A DNA stretch of 64,000 nt from Hyphomicrobiales bacterium (GTDB taxonomy: Bacteria; Pseudomonadota; Alphaproteobacteria; Rhizobiales; HXMU1428-3), in the NCBI GenBank assembly GCA_021775425.1, contig JAJFHX010000048.1:45445-109444 (forward strand), read 5' to 3'. Made by a program: the position numbers and the translations under genes. This document shows positions 10,692 to 21,813 of this stretch, piece after piece (within the stretch, counting starts at the first letter, position 1; the number at the start of each line of letters is the position of its first letter). Below the pieces are notes generated by a model that was given only the letters and a program-made list of their open reading frames with translations, had not been told where the DNA came from and searched no databases.

Positions 10692-11207
10692 TCAGGTCTT
10701 TTTATAATATATATAACTATAGTCATTACTATCAGCGGCACTGGCTTTAAAATCATCACGCGATATTTCCTGCCATTCAGCCATATTAAGAGTGGGAAAA
10801 GTCGCATCGCCCTCAGGTTCTGCATGTACAAGTGTATAATAGATTGAAGTCGCAACCGGCAAAAACAGACGATACAGCTCCGCGCCGCCAATCATCATAA
10901 TTTCATCTGCTCCGGCAATTTTAGCCCTCGCCAATCCGATTTCCAGCGCTTCATCCACTGAATTAACAACATATGCTCCTTCAATTTTCAGCGAAGGATC
11001 TCTGGTCACGATAATATTATCGCGCCCGTCAAGCACTTTACCGATCGACTGGAACGTCCGCCGGCCCATGATCATTGGTTTGCCCATTGTCAGACAACGA
11101 AACCGTTTCAAATCACTGGAAAGCCGCCATGGCAACTCGTTATTCCTGCCAATGACACCATTTTCAGCAACAGCCACAATCAAAGAAATTTCCATAGCGT
11201 TGCTCAT
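10692..11207 (-). CDS. folA: Dihydrofolate reductase
   Basis: AVAENGVIG, LPWRLSSDL, IMGRRTFQSIG, IGGAELY. Confidence 0.95.
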   Translation of the reverse strand: MSNAMEISLIVAVAENGVIGRNNELPWRLSSDLKRFRCLTMGKPMIMGRRTFQSIGKVLDGRDNIIVTRDPSLKIEGAYVVNSVDEALEIGLARAKIAGADEIMMIGGAELYRLFLPVATSIYYTLVHAEPEGDATFPTLNMAEWQEISRDDFKASAADSNDYSYIYYKKT

Positions 11208-11236
11208 CCCAATAGCTAGATTTTTTGAACGGCGGA

Positions 11237-12031
11237 CTATACAGCAATTGGCGCTTTAATAGAAGGCGCCGCTTTATAGTCCTTTAGTCTAAAATCCTCA
11301 AAACTAAAATCAAATATGTCATCAACTTCCGGGTTGATCTCCATCTTAGGTAAAGCAAGCGGATCCCGGCTCAGTTGCTCTTTCGCCTGCTCCATATGAT
11401 TGAGATAAAGATGTGCATCTCCAATCGTGTGCACAAAATCCCCCGGTTTTAACCCGGTCACCTGAGCCACCATCATAGTCAGCAAGGCATATGACGCAAT
11501 ATTAAACGGAACACCGAGAAAAATATCAGCTGATCTCTGATAAAGCTGACAGGAAAGTCGCCCCTCCGCCACATAAAACTGAAACAGACAATGACACGGC
11601 GGCAACGCCATATTATCAACTTCTGCCGGGTTCCATGCTGAAACAATATGCCGGCGACTGTCCGGGTTATTTTTCAGTGAATGAATAAGGTTTGCGATCT
11701 GATCTATCTTTCCACCCTCGCGCGATGGCCAGGATCGCCACTGTGACCCGTACACAGGACCGAGATCTCCATTTTCATCCGCCCACTCATCCCATATGGA
11801 AACACCATGCTGTTTTAAATAAGAGATATTCGTCTCTCCTTTTAAAAACCACAGCAATTCATGGATAATAGATTTTAAATGCAGCTTTTTCGTTGTCAGC
11901 ACGGGGAAACCATCATCAAGATTAAACCGCATCTGATAGCCAAACAGGCTTTTCGTACCTGTTCCTGTTCGGTCACTGCGCTCAACGCCGGTTTCCATAA
12001 CAGTCGATAAAAGCTCTAGATATTGTTTCAT
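11237..12031 (-). CDS. thyA: Thymidylate synthase
   Basis: [32 protein letters not shown]. Confidence 0.97.
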   Translation of the reverse strand: MKQYLELLSTVMETGVERSDRTGTGTKSLFGYQMRFNLDDGFPVLTTKKLHLKSIIHELLWFLKGETNISYLKQHGVSIWDEWADENGDLGPVYGSQWRSWPSREGGKIDQIANLIHSLKNNPDSRRHIVSAWNPAEVDNMALPPCHCLFQFYVAEGRLSCQLYQRSADIFLGVPFNIASYALLTMMVAQVTGLKPGDFVHTIGDAHLYLNHMEQAKEQLSRDPLALPKMEINPEVDDIFDFSFEDFRLKDYKAAPSIKAPIAV

Positions 12032-12187
12032 AATTCGAGTTTTGACCGAGATTCTGCACTGCGTCCAGTAACTTTAGGGGAGAAAACGTCCTATACAGAC
12101 AAGTTATCCATAGAAATGACACCAATTCAGTTACCCTTTTGACAAACAATCCCTTTTTTTTGCCACGTGACTACACTATATTGAGTC

Positions 12188-12597
12188 TGCGGGAGAATTT
12201 CCGCTATGGCGATAAACTGTCATCGTAATAAACCATTCGGACCCGGGGGCGGTACCCGGCGCCTCCACCAAAAGCCCATAACACCGCAACGAATACCAAA
12301 ATTAAAAGTGTAACTCGAAGTCAACTTTCAAACTTAGCGATTTACGCAAATGGTATTTTAGACAGGTTAGCCTGTGTGGGTTTTTGATGGGGGCGAAATA
12401 GGATCGACGAGGGTGTAAAGGATGGTCTTTCGCTCGGCATGGTACCACCGCATCGGACCATTATAGTAGTTGCAAATGACAACTATGCTCCAGTTGCACA
12501 AGCTGCTTAATGCAGTGACGTGTGCTGAAATAAAACTCCTGATCGGTTAAGCTCGGTCAGGCGCGGTTTGGAGAGCACCGGGCAACAGAAGCTCTCC
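12188..12597 (+). ncRNA. ssrA: Permuted two-piece tmRNA gene with tag ANDNYAPVAQAA
   Basis: Acceptor piece ends GGGGGCGGTACCCGGCGCCTCCACCA at 12270. Coding piece starts GGGGGCGAAATAGGATCGAC at 12389, giving a G3-U70 pair. Tag frame 12472..12510. 3' hairpin GGAGAGC/GCTCTCC. Outer boundaries approximate. Confidence 0.95.
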
Positions 12598-12754
12598 ATT
12601 TAATTTTGGCATGACCAGTTGCATCAAGATTCTGTCAGCAACTGAATTTGCTGTAGAAATGATCTGAACTGAATAAATTTTTTAAATTTTATAAGAATAC
12701 TAATGTATAAAAAATTGGTATCAGTAGTACAAAGTGAAAGAGGCCTGACCCGTC

Positions 12755-13411
12755 ATGAGCGGCCAAACAATTAATTATGAATTCCTGGCTAAAGAGGCTC
12801 TGCGCTCTGTTGTTCGCGCTGTCTTAAAGCAAATTAAAGAAGAAGGCCTCCCCGGAGATCATCACTTTTATATCTCCTTTCACACAACGGCGCCCGGCGT
12901 AAAAATCTCCAATCGCATCAGCGCCCAGTATCCAAGAGAAATGACCATAGTTCTCCAGCATCAGTTCTGGGATCTGAAAGTCGAGGATGATTATTTTGAA
13001 GTCCGGCTGTCATTTTCAAACATTCCTGAATTACTCGTCATCCCCTACAGCGCTGTCAAAGTGTTCTTTGACCCGTCTGTCCCCTATGGTCTGCAATTCG
13101 ATCAGAACCTCAGACCAGAAGCTGTTGAAGATAAATCCGGCTTTATAGAAGATGTCTGGCAGATGACACCTGAAAACAGCGAGAATCCATTAACTGAAAT
13201 GGGCATGGATGATATGAAGTTTTCAAACAATGACAGTCCTGATGGCTTTATCCCTGAATCTGATCCATTAACAAGTGACGAAGCTGAAGAAATTAGCAAT
13301 ATAGAAAAAAGTGAAGAAGTGCAGGACACAGCTACTGATAAACCAGAATCAGATGGCTCTGAAACAGATAGTGCTGAAATCGTCTATCTCGATACCTTCC
13401 GCAAAACCTGA
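12755..13411 (+). CDS. sspB: Alphaproteobacterial SspB ClpXP adaptor
   Basis: GLPGDHHFYISF, YPREMTIVLQHQFWDL, C-terminal AEIVYLDTFRK; directly downstream of ssrA. Confidence 0.92.
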   Translation: MSGQTINYEFLAKEALRSVVRAVLKQIKEEGLPGDHHFYISFHTTAPGVKISNRISAQYPREMTIVLQHQFWDLKVEDDYFEVRLSFSNIPELLVIPYSAVKVFFDPSVPYGLQFDQNLRPEAVEDKSGFIEDVWQMTPENSENPLTEMGMDDMKFSNNDSPDGFIPESDPLTSDEAEEISNIEKSEEVQDTATDKPESDGSETDSAEIVYLDTFRKT

Positions 13412-13842
13412 TCAGTTCTCACTTGTTTGATAACAGACCCTGCCTGCAACCTTTCTGGCTGCAGAACCGTATCAAAAATATCTCAATGCTTAAAATCTAA
13501 CCTGAAAACCGATCCGGTTAACAGCTGAGTACGAAGTACATTTCTGTCTCAGAGATCATACATCCCACCAAAAGAAAATTGATCAAGAGATGATATAAAA
13601 AGTCGCAAAATGATTGGTTATATCAGAAAAACATCAGAGAATTATGCTATCAGCCAGTGTTAAATGCTTGTTGCTGCATCATTGACTAGTCTTCTTCAAA
13701 CAAAACCATCTAAAAACAAAGTCAAAATAACCAGTTATATTTGAATAAAGTCGAAATTTAATTGACTTTTGCAGTCGAGTTACAGAATAAGATAGATTGA
13801 AAAGCATAGATAAAACCTAAAAGCTATAAAGGAGAATTTCCA

Positions 13843-15231
13843 GTGTCCACCCGTACAGAGACAGATAGCTTCGGCCCCCTGGAAGTCCCAACTGATAAAT
13901 ATTGGGGCGCTCAAACCCAGCGCTCACTGGGGAATTTTAAAATTGGTATCGAAACAATGCCAAAAGCCCTGATCAGAGCTTTAGGAATTATCAAGAAAGC
14001 AGCCGCTCTCACCAACAAAGATCTCGATAATCTCGAGCCTCACCTGAGCGAAGCCATTGCCAAAGCGGCGGACGATGTTATCGACGGTAAACTGGATGAT
14101 CATTTCCCCCTTGTGGTCTGGCAAACCGGCTCCGGCACACAATCAAACATGAACGCAAACGAAGTCATCTCCAACCGGGCCATTGAAATTCTGGGTGGCA
14201 CCATCGGCAGCAAAGACCCCGTTCACCCAAACGATCATGTCAACCGCTCACAAAGCTCAAATGATACCTTCCCGACAGCGATGCACATCGCCGCTGTTGA
14301 AGAAATTCACCGCCAATTAATCCCGGCATTAAAACACCTTCTGAAAGCACTCAACCACAAAGTAGAGAGCTGGGCCGAAATTATTAAAATTGGCCGCACC
14401 CATTGTCAGGATGCAACCCCGCTAACGCTGGGGCAGGAATTTTCCGGTTACGCCGCTCAGGTTGAAAATGGCATCAAACGCATCGAAGCCGCCCTTCCGC
14501 GCATGTATATGCTGGCCCAGGGCGGCACAGCCGTTGGCACCGGGTTGAATGCAAAACCAGATTTTGCGGTAAAATTCGCCAGTCATGTCGCAGATATCAC
14601 AGGCCTTGAATTTATAACCGCACCAAACAAATTTGAAAGCCTCGCCGCTCATGATGCTTATGTAGAGATGTCAGGCGCATTAAATACTGTCGCAGTCAGC
14701 CTGTTTAAAATCGCCAATGATATACGCCTGCTGGGCTCTGGCCCCCGCTCAGGACTGGGTGAATTAAACTTACCAGAAAACGAACCCGGCTCATCTATCA
14801 TGCCCGGAAAAGTCAACCCGACCCAGTGCGAAGCCCTGACAATGGTTGCAACCCAGGTGATGGGTAATCATTCAACCATCACCATCGCCGGCAGTCAGGG
14901 ACATTTCGAACTAAACGTCTACAAACCGGTAATGGCCTATAACCTCCTGCAATCAATCCGCCTGCTGGGCGAAGCATCAGTTTCCTTCACAGATAAATGC
15001 ATAGTCGGCATTGAGCCAAACCTTGAACAGATCAAACAATTAATGAGCCGCTCTCTCATGCTTGTCACAGCACTTGCACCAAAAATCGGTTATGACAACG
15101 CGACAAAAATCGCCAAAACAGCTCATAAAAATGGCACCACTCTGAAGCAGGAAGCCTTAAATCTCGGCTTTGTGACAGAAGAAGAATTTGACGCCATTGT
15201 AAAACCGGAAGATATGATCAGCCCCAGATAA
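13843..15231 (+). CDS. fumC: Class II fumarate hydratase
   Basis: [30 protein letters not shown]; GTG start with AAGGAG SD. Confidence 0.97.
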   Translation: MSTRTETDSFGPLEVPTDKYWGAQTQRSLGNFKIGIETMPKALIRALGIIKKAAALTNKDLDNLEPHLSEAIAKAADDVIDGKLDDHFPLVVWQTGSGTQSNMNANEVISNRAIEILGGTIGSKDPVHPNDHVNRSQSSNDTFPTAMHIAAVEEIHRQLIPALKHLLKALNHKVESWAEIIKIGRTHCQDATPLTLGQEFSGYAAQVENGIKRIEAALPRMYMLAQGGTAVGTGLNAKPDFAVKFASHVADITGLEFITAPNKFESLAAHDAYVEMSGALNTVAVSLFKIANDIRLLGSGPRSGLGELNLPENEPGSSIMPGKVNPTQCEALTMVATQVMGNHSTITIAGSQGHFELNVYKPVMAYNLLQSIRLLGEASVSFTDKCIVGIEPNLEQIKQLMSRSLMLVTALAPKIGYDNATKIAKTAHKNGTTLKQEALNLGFVTEEEFDAIVKPEDMISPR

Positions 15232-15252
15232 AGATGACCATTTAGAGAGCGC

Positions 15253-15531
15253 TTGATGCAGGATATACCAAAAAAAAGATCACTTACTTTAAAAGGCCAT
15301 CGCACTTCAATTTCCCTTGAAGATGCCTTCTGGATTGCTCTCAATGATGTCGCAGAGAAAGAAGATAAATCAACCTCAGAGCTGGTCGAGATGATAGATG
15401 AAAACAGAGGTGAGGCCGGCCTCTCCAGCACTATTCGTATTTATATTTTAAAATATTATCAAAGCCGCAACCAGCGTTTTGAAAAAAACAAAAACGGTGC
15501 AAGGGAAAAATTAAACACCGCAACCAGATAA
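15253..15531 (+). CDS. Ribbon-helix-helix domain protein (RHH_4-like)
   Basis: KRSLTLKGHRTSISLEDAFW...LSSTIR motif. Confidence 0.85.
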   Translation: MMQDIPKKRSLTLKGHRTSISLEDAFWIALNDVAEKEDKSTSELVEMIDENRGEAGLSSTIRIYILKYYQSRNQRFEKNKNGAREKLNTATR

Positions 15532-15560
15532 CCCATCAATCATCCATGCGAGCCCATCAA

Positions 15561-18500
15561 CTATTCAGGTAACAACAACGGCAAGTCAGTCCGGCCTAGT
15601 TCTTTATCAATCTTTTCTTGTTCCGCCTTAATTCTCGCCTTTTCCTGCTCAATGCGCTTCAGCTCTTCTTCAGCCTGCCGGCGCTGTTCTGCAAGTCGTC
15701 GCGCTTCATCCTCAAGCCTGATTTTTTCCAGGTTCCGCAATTCCCGCTCTTTATGTTTCAGCGTTAAATAACGTTCAAAATCAGCGACATCCAAAGCGGC
15801 AACCATATCACCAATCGATGTCAGATCACCTTCCATTCGCCGGTTAACAGCTGGCACAGCACCTGCCGAGCTTTTCACAGCTGGCTGTATCTGCCAGTTA
15901 CCAGCCCAGTTTAAATCCCTGAGACTCAATTCAGCCCTGATGCCGATCACCCCTGGCTTCACGCCAAGGTCATCCTGACGCAGCTTCACCGTGCCATCAA
16001 TCAGCTGCAAACCAAGGTCAGTCGATTGAATATCAATCGGCCCGGCATTCGAAATAATATTCGTAAGGTCAGATTTTAACTGCGAAGGATCACCCGTTTC
16101 AGATCGTAAGTACCGCTCAGCCAGTTGACCAAGCAATGACGGACTGACTTGTCTGATTTTTCCATCAGAAATTTTCACAAAACCCTGTCCAACAAGGCTC
16201 GAAATAAGCGCCCGGGGGTTCCCCCCGACACCACTTAAAGAAAGTTCAAATGAAAAATCACCCGACCCAAGGCTGGCCTCTTCAGCGGTGCCAACTTCTT
16301 CAAGCCGCCCGCCCTTAAGTGAGGCAAGCCCGTTTAAACTATATGTCCCAGCGCCTCCTGTTCCCTGTCGAAGCGTGCCGCTAGCACTGAACATCCCGCC
16401 AAGGCTTTTGCCTTCAAGTTTGATAATTTCAATATGGGTTTTATGAACCCGCCATTGAACCAGCGCATCAGAAAGGCTCAGTTGTTCCGTCAGTTGCAGT
16501 TCATTTGATTTAATCGAAAACTCACCAAGCAATGGCGAACTGCCATCTTTATCACCGCGCGCACCGCTTTCAGTTTTCCGGTTTGCATTTTCCGACCTAA
16601 ATTGAAAAGGTAATGACGACCAGACAAATTTCTTTGAACTCTCACTGTCTCTCGTTCTGGATTTTTTCGCCCCATCTTCCTGAAGCACGCCAATCAAAGA
16701 GCCAAAATCCAGCCGGTCTGTTGCCATCGCCAACCGGTATTGTTTTTCACCGTTTTTCTCTTCAAAGATCCCGGTACCAATGACCTGATTGTCACCAATC
16801 GCCATCTGAAGGTTACTAAGCGAAAACCCGTTAGAAGTAAGTGAGATTGTACCCCGCGCTTTAAACGGGTCCGCTGATCCGGCTGCCAGGTGTCCATAGC
16901 CAAACAAAGACAAAACATCTTTTGCATTCGTACCACTGAACTGCAACACACCGTCCGATGCAAGCTGCTGTTTTTTGAGCGCAAACTGCCCCTTATATGA
17001 AGCTGACATAACCGCATTCTCAAGATTAACCTGACCGCTGAACCCGGTATCCGCCGTTCCGCTGGCAGTAAAAGTCAGCTTACCCGGTCCAAGATCTTGC
17101 TGCTGCACCTGCCGATCCATTCCAAGCGGCAATAATTTTGCTGCCAACAGCGCCCCGTTTTGGCTTTCCATACCGCCAAGAACAGTCATCGGCCCCTGGT
17201 CCACCCCATTGGCAACCTTAGGCACAAATACAGAAAACGCCGCGTCACTTCCCCCCATAACGCCGTCAAATCTGTATTGCGTCGCATCATCTTCATCCTG
17301 CCGGCGAACAGCCAGCCGAAGCGGGAAAAATCTGCCAATCGCATCACCCTCAAATTGCAAAGTATGCTCAACACCTGAAAGCTTCAGCAAATCCTCAACA
17401 GCAACAAAATCAGGCGCTTCAATTATGAACCTGTCTTCACCTGAAGGGTCAGCCTTACCATTTTCATATAAAAATTTAAGCCCGTTCTCGCTCACTCCGG
17501 CAACCGATTTAATCCTCGAACCGGCCTTATCTTTCGTCCACAACAACCGCACATCCCGCTGCACACCATCTTTAAAAACCAGCCGCTGTGCCTGCAATTC
17601 AAAAACAGTATTCATCACAAGCTCTGCCTGCTCTGATCGCAACTTGGTGTCAGGTCGGTTCATTTCCCTGATAAAGGAGGAAAGTTCTTCCTCAAATTCA
17701 AGCAACCCAACCGGCTTACCCAGCAATTCCTCAACATTAATCAACCCAGCCTTTAATATCACCTTGATTTCAGATGGATCAGCCTCACGTGCCGCTTTTT
17801 TATATGACATCCCCCCCCGCAATGAAGAGCGGCCCATATCCACCTGCAATCCACTAAGCACAAGAGATGACCCAACAGAATTCAACTTACCATTCAGCAT
17901 GAATTTGCCCCGACCAGCACCAATATCCCCGGTATAGTCAGGCACAGCCCAGTTGATGAACTCTTTAAACTGCAGCCCGCGCAAATAAATCTGACCATCA
18001 AACTCAGCCGTGTTGTCAGAGGTCTCCCGTTTATCATGTTCAGAATCTGATTGAGCCTGAACCTGTGCAAAAGTTCCAGATACACTTAAGCGGCTGCTAC
18101 CAGGCAATCGCCCCGCCATATCCTCAACACGGATAATGCCTTTTTCACCCTTGAGCAGCAGACGAAAATCACGCACATCACCCTTGCCAAGGTAAATCTG
18201 CTTGGCGTTCATTGTAAAATTGATGGTTTCAAACTGGCGTGCCTGTTGCAGCAAAATATCATTCAACTGCGTAACTGCCGCCCCCGGGTTCACTTCAGTC
18301 AACCGCTCACGGTTTTGTTTCCCGTTCATCTGGCTATCAACAACAATAGAACCATAGCGGGCACGCATTAAAATCGAATTCAGGTCAATGACCTGGCCAT
18401 CTGCTTCCCCCTTGAGGCTCAATTCATCCTGCCAGTTAATATCCACCTGCCCGCGCACTGTTTGCGGCCGCGCCAGACTACCCGCACGAACCAGAATTTT

Positions 18501-19568
18501 TGAAAATTGTGCATCATGTCCAGACAGCTCTAAATGGGAGGTAATATAAAAATCATCATCTGCAGCAAGTGACGACTTAGGCTTCTGATTTTCAATTGTT
18601 TTTTCCGCTAGTTTAAGAGCTTCATCACGACCATCAGCTTGAGCACCACTTTTATCTTTCCCGACACCCGTTTTCCGAACAGACGCCGTAATATCACCGC
18701 CAGAGCGAAAATAGCCAAACCCGGCCTTGATATCACCAGAGGCAAACCATTTTTCAGCCTTTTCTCCAAAAGTGCCGTCAAATTCAACCCGGCTATCCGT
18801 ATCGGGCACCGTGATTTTCGCTTTTATTGGAAAAAGCCTTGTCTTTTCCTTTTCAGTTTCAGAGCCAATAGCCAGCCGGATAAACCGCTCATCCGCACTG
18901 CCGGTATATTTCCCGTTAAAATAAAACGGCCCGTTTAATGTCATGGCTGAAAGCACACCATTGATATGATCAAATCGCAAACGCCGCGCTGGTTTGTCTG
19001 CATTGCCAGAAGCCGATTGTAAAATCAGATCTCCCTCAACAATCTGCACATTTTTCAGAGAAATAAGATTTGGCCTGAGCTCAAACCCTGAAATTGAAGC
19101 TTCTTTTGAAAAAGTCCCTTCGGCTCTATTGCGGTCGGCGTTTCTTTCAACAGGTTTCTCAGTCGTCGTATCAAATGTCGGCTTGCCATTTTTATCAAAC
19201 TGTAACAGCAATCTCGGCCGGTCGAGTGTCAGCTTGCTTGCCTCCATGATGCCTTTCAGCAAGGGCGGCACAGCAACCCACATCGTCAGCTCTTTCACTT
19301 CAAGGATAGGCCGGCCTCTGACACCGCTTTCACCAATCCGCAGATTTTCAGCACTGACAAACGGCGCTGGCAACAGCCTGAGGTTAAGACTGCCATCCAG
19401 CTCTACCTTGGAGCCAACTATTTTAGAAAGATGCACTTCAAAATCACTGCGATAATTATCCCAGTTGATCATCATCGGCACCGTGAACAGCAGCGCTAAA
19501 ACCAGAACCATAAAAGCTGCAATTGCAGTTAAAACATTATTCAAAGCAAATTTCCTTGAAACAGACAA
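15561..19568 (-). CDS. AsmA family protein
   Basis: N-terminal anchor followed by VPMMINWDNYRSDFE...G.L.LRLLPAP; glycine/beta-rich 1335-aa body; C-terminal coiled coil. Confidence 0.85.
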   Translation of the reverse strand: MSVSRKFALNNVLTAIAAFMVLVLALLFTVPMMINWDNYRSDFEVHLSKIVGSKVELDGSLNLRLLPAPFVSAENLRIGESGVRGRPILEVKELTMWVAVPPLLKGIMEASKLTLDRPRLLLQFDKNGKPTFDTTTEKPVERNADRNRAEGTFSKEASISGFELRPNLISLKNVQIVEGDLILQSASGNADKPARRLRFDHINGVLSAMTLNGPFYFNGKYTGSADERFIRLAIGSETEKEKTRLFPIKAKITVPDTDSRVEFDGTFGEKAEKWFASGDIKAGFGYFRSGGDITASVRKTGVGKDKSGAQADGRDEALKLAEKTIENQKPKSSLAADDDFYITSHLELSGHDAQFSKILVRAGSLARPQTVRGQVDINWQDELSLKGEADGQVIDLNSILMRARYGSIVVDSQMNGKQNRERLTEVNPGAAVTQLNDILLQQARQFETINFTMNAKQIYLGKGDVRDFRLLLKGEKGIIRVEDMAGRLPGSSRLSVSGTFAQVQAQSDSEHDKRETSDNTAEFDGQIYLRGLQFKEFINWAVPDYTGDIGAGRGKFMLNGKLNSVGSSLVLSGLQVDMGRSSLRGGMSYKKAAREADPSEIKVILKAGLINVEELLGKPVGLLEFEEELSSFIREMNRPDTKLRSEQAELVMNTVFELQAQRLVFKDGVQRDVRLLWTKDKAGSRIKSVAGVSENGLKFLYENGKADPSGEDRFIIEAPDFVAVEDLLKLSGVEHTLQFEGDAIGRFFPLRLAVRRQDEDDATQYRFDGVMGGSDAAFSVFVPKVANGVDQGPMTVLGGMESQNGALLAAKLLPLGMDRQVQQQDLGPGKLTFTASGTADTGFSGQVNLENAVMSASYKGQFALKKQQLASDGVLQFSGTNAKDVLSLFGYGHLAAGSADPFKARGTISLTSNGFSLSNLQMAIGDNQVIGTGIFEEKNGEKQYRLAMATDRLDFGSLIGVLQEDGAKKSRTRDSESSKKFVWSSLPFQFRSENANRKTESGARGDKDGSSPLLGEFSIKSNELQLTEQLSLSDALVQWRVHKTHIEIIKLEGKSLGGMFSASGTLRQGTGGAGTYSLNGLASLKGGRLEEVGTAEEASLGSGDFSFELSLSGVGGNPRALISSLVGQGFVKISDGKIRQVSPSLLGQLAERYLRSETGDPSQLKSDLTNIISNAGPIDIQSTDLGLQLIDGTVKLRQDDLGVKPGVIGIRAELSLRDLNWAGNWQIQPAVKSSAGAVPAVNRRMEGDLTSIGDMVAALDVADFERYLTLKHKERELRNLEKIRLEDEARRLAEQRRQAEEELKRIEQEKARIKAEQEKIDKELGRTDLPLLLPE

Positions 19569-19832
19569 TCAATTGCATCAAAACTAATTCAAGAGACGAA
19601 CATCACACAGCCTCAGTTCGTTCCCCCAAAAGAAACACAAAAAACTAAAACAGCATAATCTTCATTCTCAAACTTCACATTTTGCAACAAATGTGGCCTA
19701 TTATAAAAGGCTTTGTTGGCAAAATCACTATTTACTATCAGTATCCTATGTTTCAGTCAGAATTTTGAACCAGCTCTGAGACTATAGCCAAATCACCACT
19801 GTCAACGCAAAGAGTGACCCACTGAGAAGCAC

Positions 19833-21581
19833 ATGAAGCAAAACCTGAAGATCAAGAGACGAATAAACCGCTTCATTATCAGACAAACTCTCGTTCTCCG
19901 CCCCGTATGTAATGAATTATATTATGACCGTATTGCCCCGCATTTGCGTGCCTTCCTGCAAAATCAGTCATTCACACTTTGGGTGATTGCCCTGCTCATT
20001 GGTGTCACAGTTGGCTGCGCAACTCTGGTTTTCCGTCACGCCATCGGTGCGTTTCAATGGTTATGGCTCGGCACTTCCAGCGAACATATCGGTATTCTGT
20101 ATCAAACAACACCCAAATACATCTTCTTCCTCGCCCCCGTCATTGGCGGTTTCATCGTCGGCCAGATCCTGCATCATTTTATAGAAAGCCGCCGCCCTCA
20201 CGCTGTCGCTGACGTAATAGAAGCCAAAGCGATCAAAGGCTCACATATAGATTTTAAAAATGGTATGTGGAACGCTTTAATCGCAGCCATCAGCCTCGGT
20301 TTTGGGGGCAGTGCTGGCCGCGAAGGGCCGGTTGTTCACCTGGGCGCAACACTTTCCTCTCTCATTGCAAGGGTCAGCAATCTTGATCACAGCCAGCGGC
20401 GCATCCTTCTGGCGGCTGGCGTTGCCGCCGCCGTATCCGCTTCGTTCAACGCCCCGATTGCTGGTGTGCTTTTCGCCCATGAAGTTATTCTCGCTCACTA
20501 TGCATTAAGCGCCTTCGTTCCCATTGTCATGGCAAGCGTTGTTGGCACTATCATCGCCCGGCTGACAATTGGTGAATTCCCCGCCTTTCTCATCCCCGAA
20601 TATACCATCTCTTCATATGTTGAATTCCCGGCCTTCGCCCTGCTCGGGCTGTTTGCCGCCCTTGTTGCGATCTTTTTTCAGCTCAGCCTCTCAACTGCCG
20701 AGCGCATCAGCCTCAGTTATAATCTGCCAATCTGGCTAAGGCCAATCATCGGCGGAGTTCTGGTCGGATCAATTGCTATTTTCTTTCCTGAAATTCTCGG
20801 CGTTGGTTATGACACAACAGATAACGCATTGAAACAAAACCTCAGCCTCTCGCTGTTGCTGGCTCTCTTACTTGCCAAAATCATCGCCACCTCCATCACC
20901 CTTGCCAGTCGCTTTGGCGGCGGCATTTTCTCACCCTCTCTATATCTTGGGGCCTGTGCCGGCGGTGCTTTCGGGCTGATCATCGCCTCAATTTATCCCC
21001 TCACCGCTTCCAGTCACGGGCTCTATGCCATTCTCGGAATGGGCGGCGTCGCAGCCGCCGTTCTCGGCGCGCCTATTTCAACCGCGATGATTGTTTTTGA
21101 GTTAACTGGCGGCTATGAAATGACCATCGCGCTGCTGGTCACCGTTTCAATTTCAACCGCCCTCACACAGGCCGTCCTGGGCATGAGCTTCTTCCACTGG
21201 CAATTATCAACCAGAGGCATTTTCCTTTCAGCCGGGCCGCACAAACGCATAGCCAGCATCCTGACTGTCAATGAATTTTACACCCCATTGAAAAAAGACG
21301 AACACAATGAGGAGGCTAACGAAGGGGAAAAGCAACAGGGGGAAGATAATGCGCAACAAAATATCCTCCAAAAAGATGAAAACGGAAAATATCCCCCTTC
21401 CGCTTTTTTGACAGACAGCATCGAAAAAACACTGCGCACTTTTGACCATCACGGGCTTGAAACCCTACCCGTCATCATTGATAAACAGAACATGGAAATC
21501 ATCGGCCATGTGCACCACCTTGGCGCCATAAAAGCTTACAACAAAGCCCTGATTGAAGCGCATGAAGAAGAACATAAATAA
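19833..21581 (+). CDS. ClC chloride channel/antiporter family protein with a degenerate CBS tail
   Basis: GSAGREGPVVH, FNAPIAGVLFAHE, GGIFSPSL, many TM helices. Confidence 0.9.
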   Translation: MKQNLKIKRRINRFIIRQTLVLRPVCNELYYDRIAPHLRAFLQNQSFTLWVIALLIGVTVGCATLVFRHAIGAFQWLWLGTSSEHIGILYQTTPKYIFFLAPVIGGFIVGQILHHFIESRRPHAVADVIEAKAIKGSHIDFKNGMWNALIAAISLGFGGSAGREGPVVHLGATLSSLIARVSNLDHSQRRILLAAGVAAAVSASFNAPIAGVLFAHEVILAHYALSAFVPIVMASVVGTIIARLTIGEFPAFLIPEYTISSYVEFPAFALLGLFAALVAIFFQLSLSTAERISLSYNLPIWLRPIIGGVLVGSIAIFFPEILGVGYDTTDNALKQNLSLSLLLALLLAKIIATSITLASRFGGGIFSPSLYLGACAGGAFGLIIASIYPLTASSHGLYAILGMGGVAAAVLGAPISTAMIVFELTGGYEMTIALLVTVSISTALTQAVLGMSFFHWQLSTRGIFLSAGPHKRIASILTVNEFYTPLKKDEHNEEANEGEKQQGEDNAQQNILQKDENGKYPPSAFLTDSIEKTLRTFDHHGLETLPVIIDKQNMEIIGHVHHLGAIKAYNKALIEAHEEEHK

Positions 21582-21813
21582 CCAACATTTATGAAAATAA
21601 ATCCAAATCATCCCTCATCCGGGGAAAACAGCTCCATTTGGCCTCAATAAAGGTGATATCTCTTCCCCTCGCCTTTTTTTCAGGTAAATTTTCAGCTACC
21701 TTGCCTTGAAGATTCTTTATTCAGCAAATGACAGCAATGTTTGGCGTGCGAGTAAACAAACAACAAAATAAACTGACTTTCTAACCGTACACAAACAGGT
21801 ATCACGTTCTATC

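Noticed and set aside
12271-12754. Genomic island integrated at ssrA
   Set aside because: No integrase and no duplicated ssrA end; sspB follows directly, as usual.
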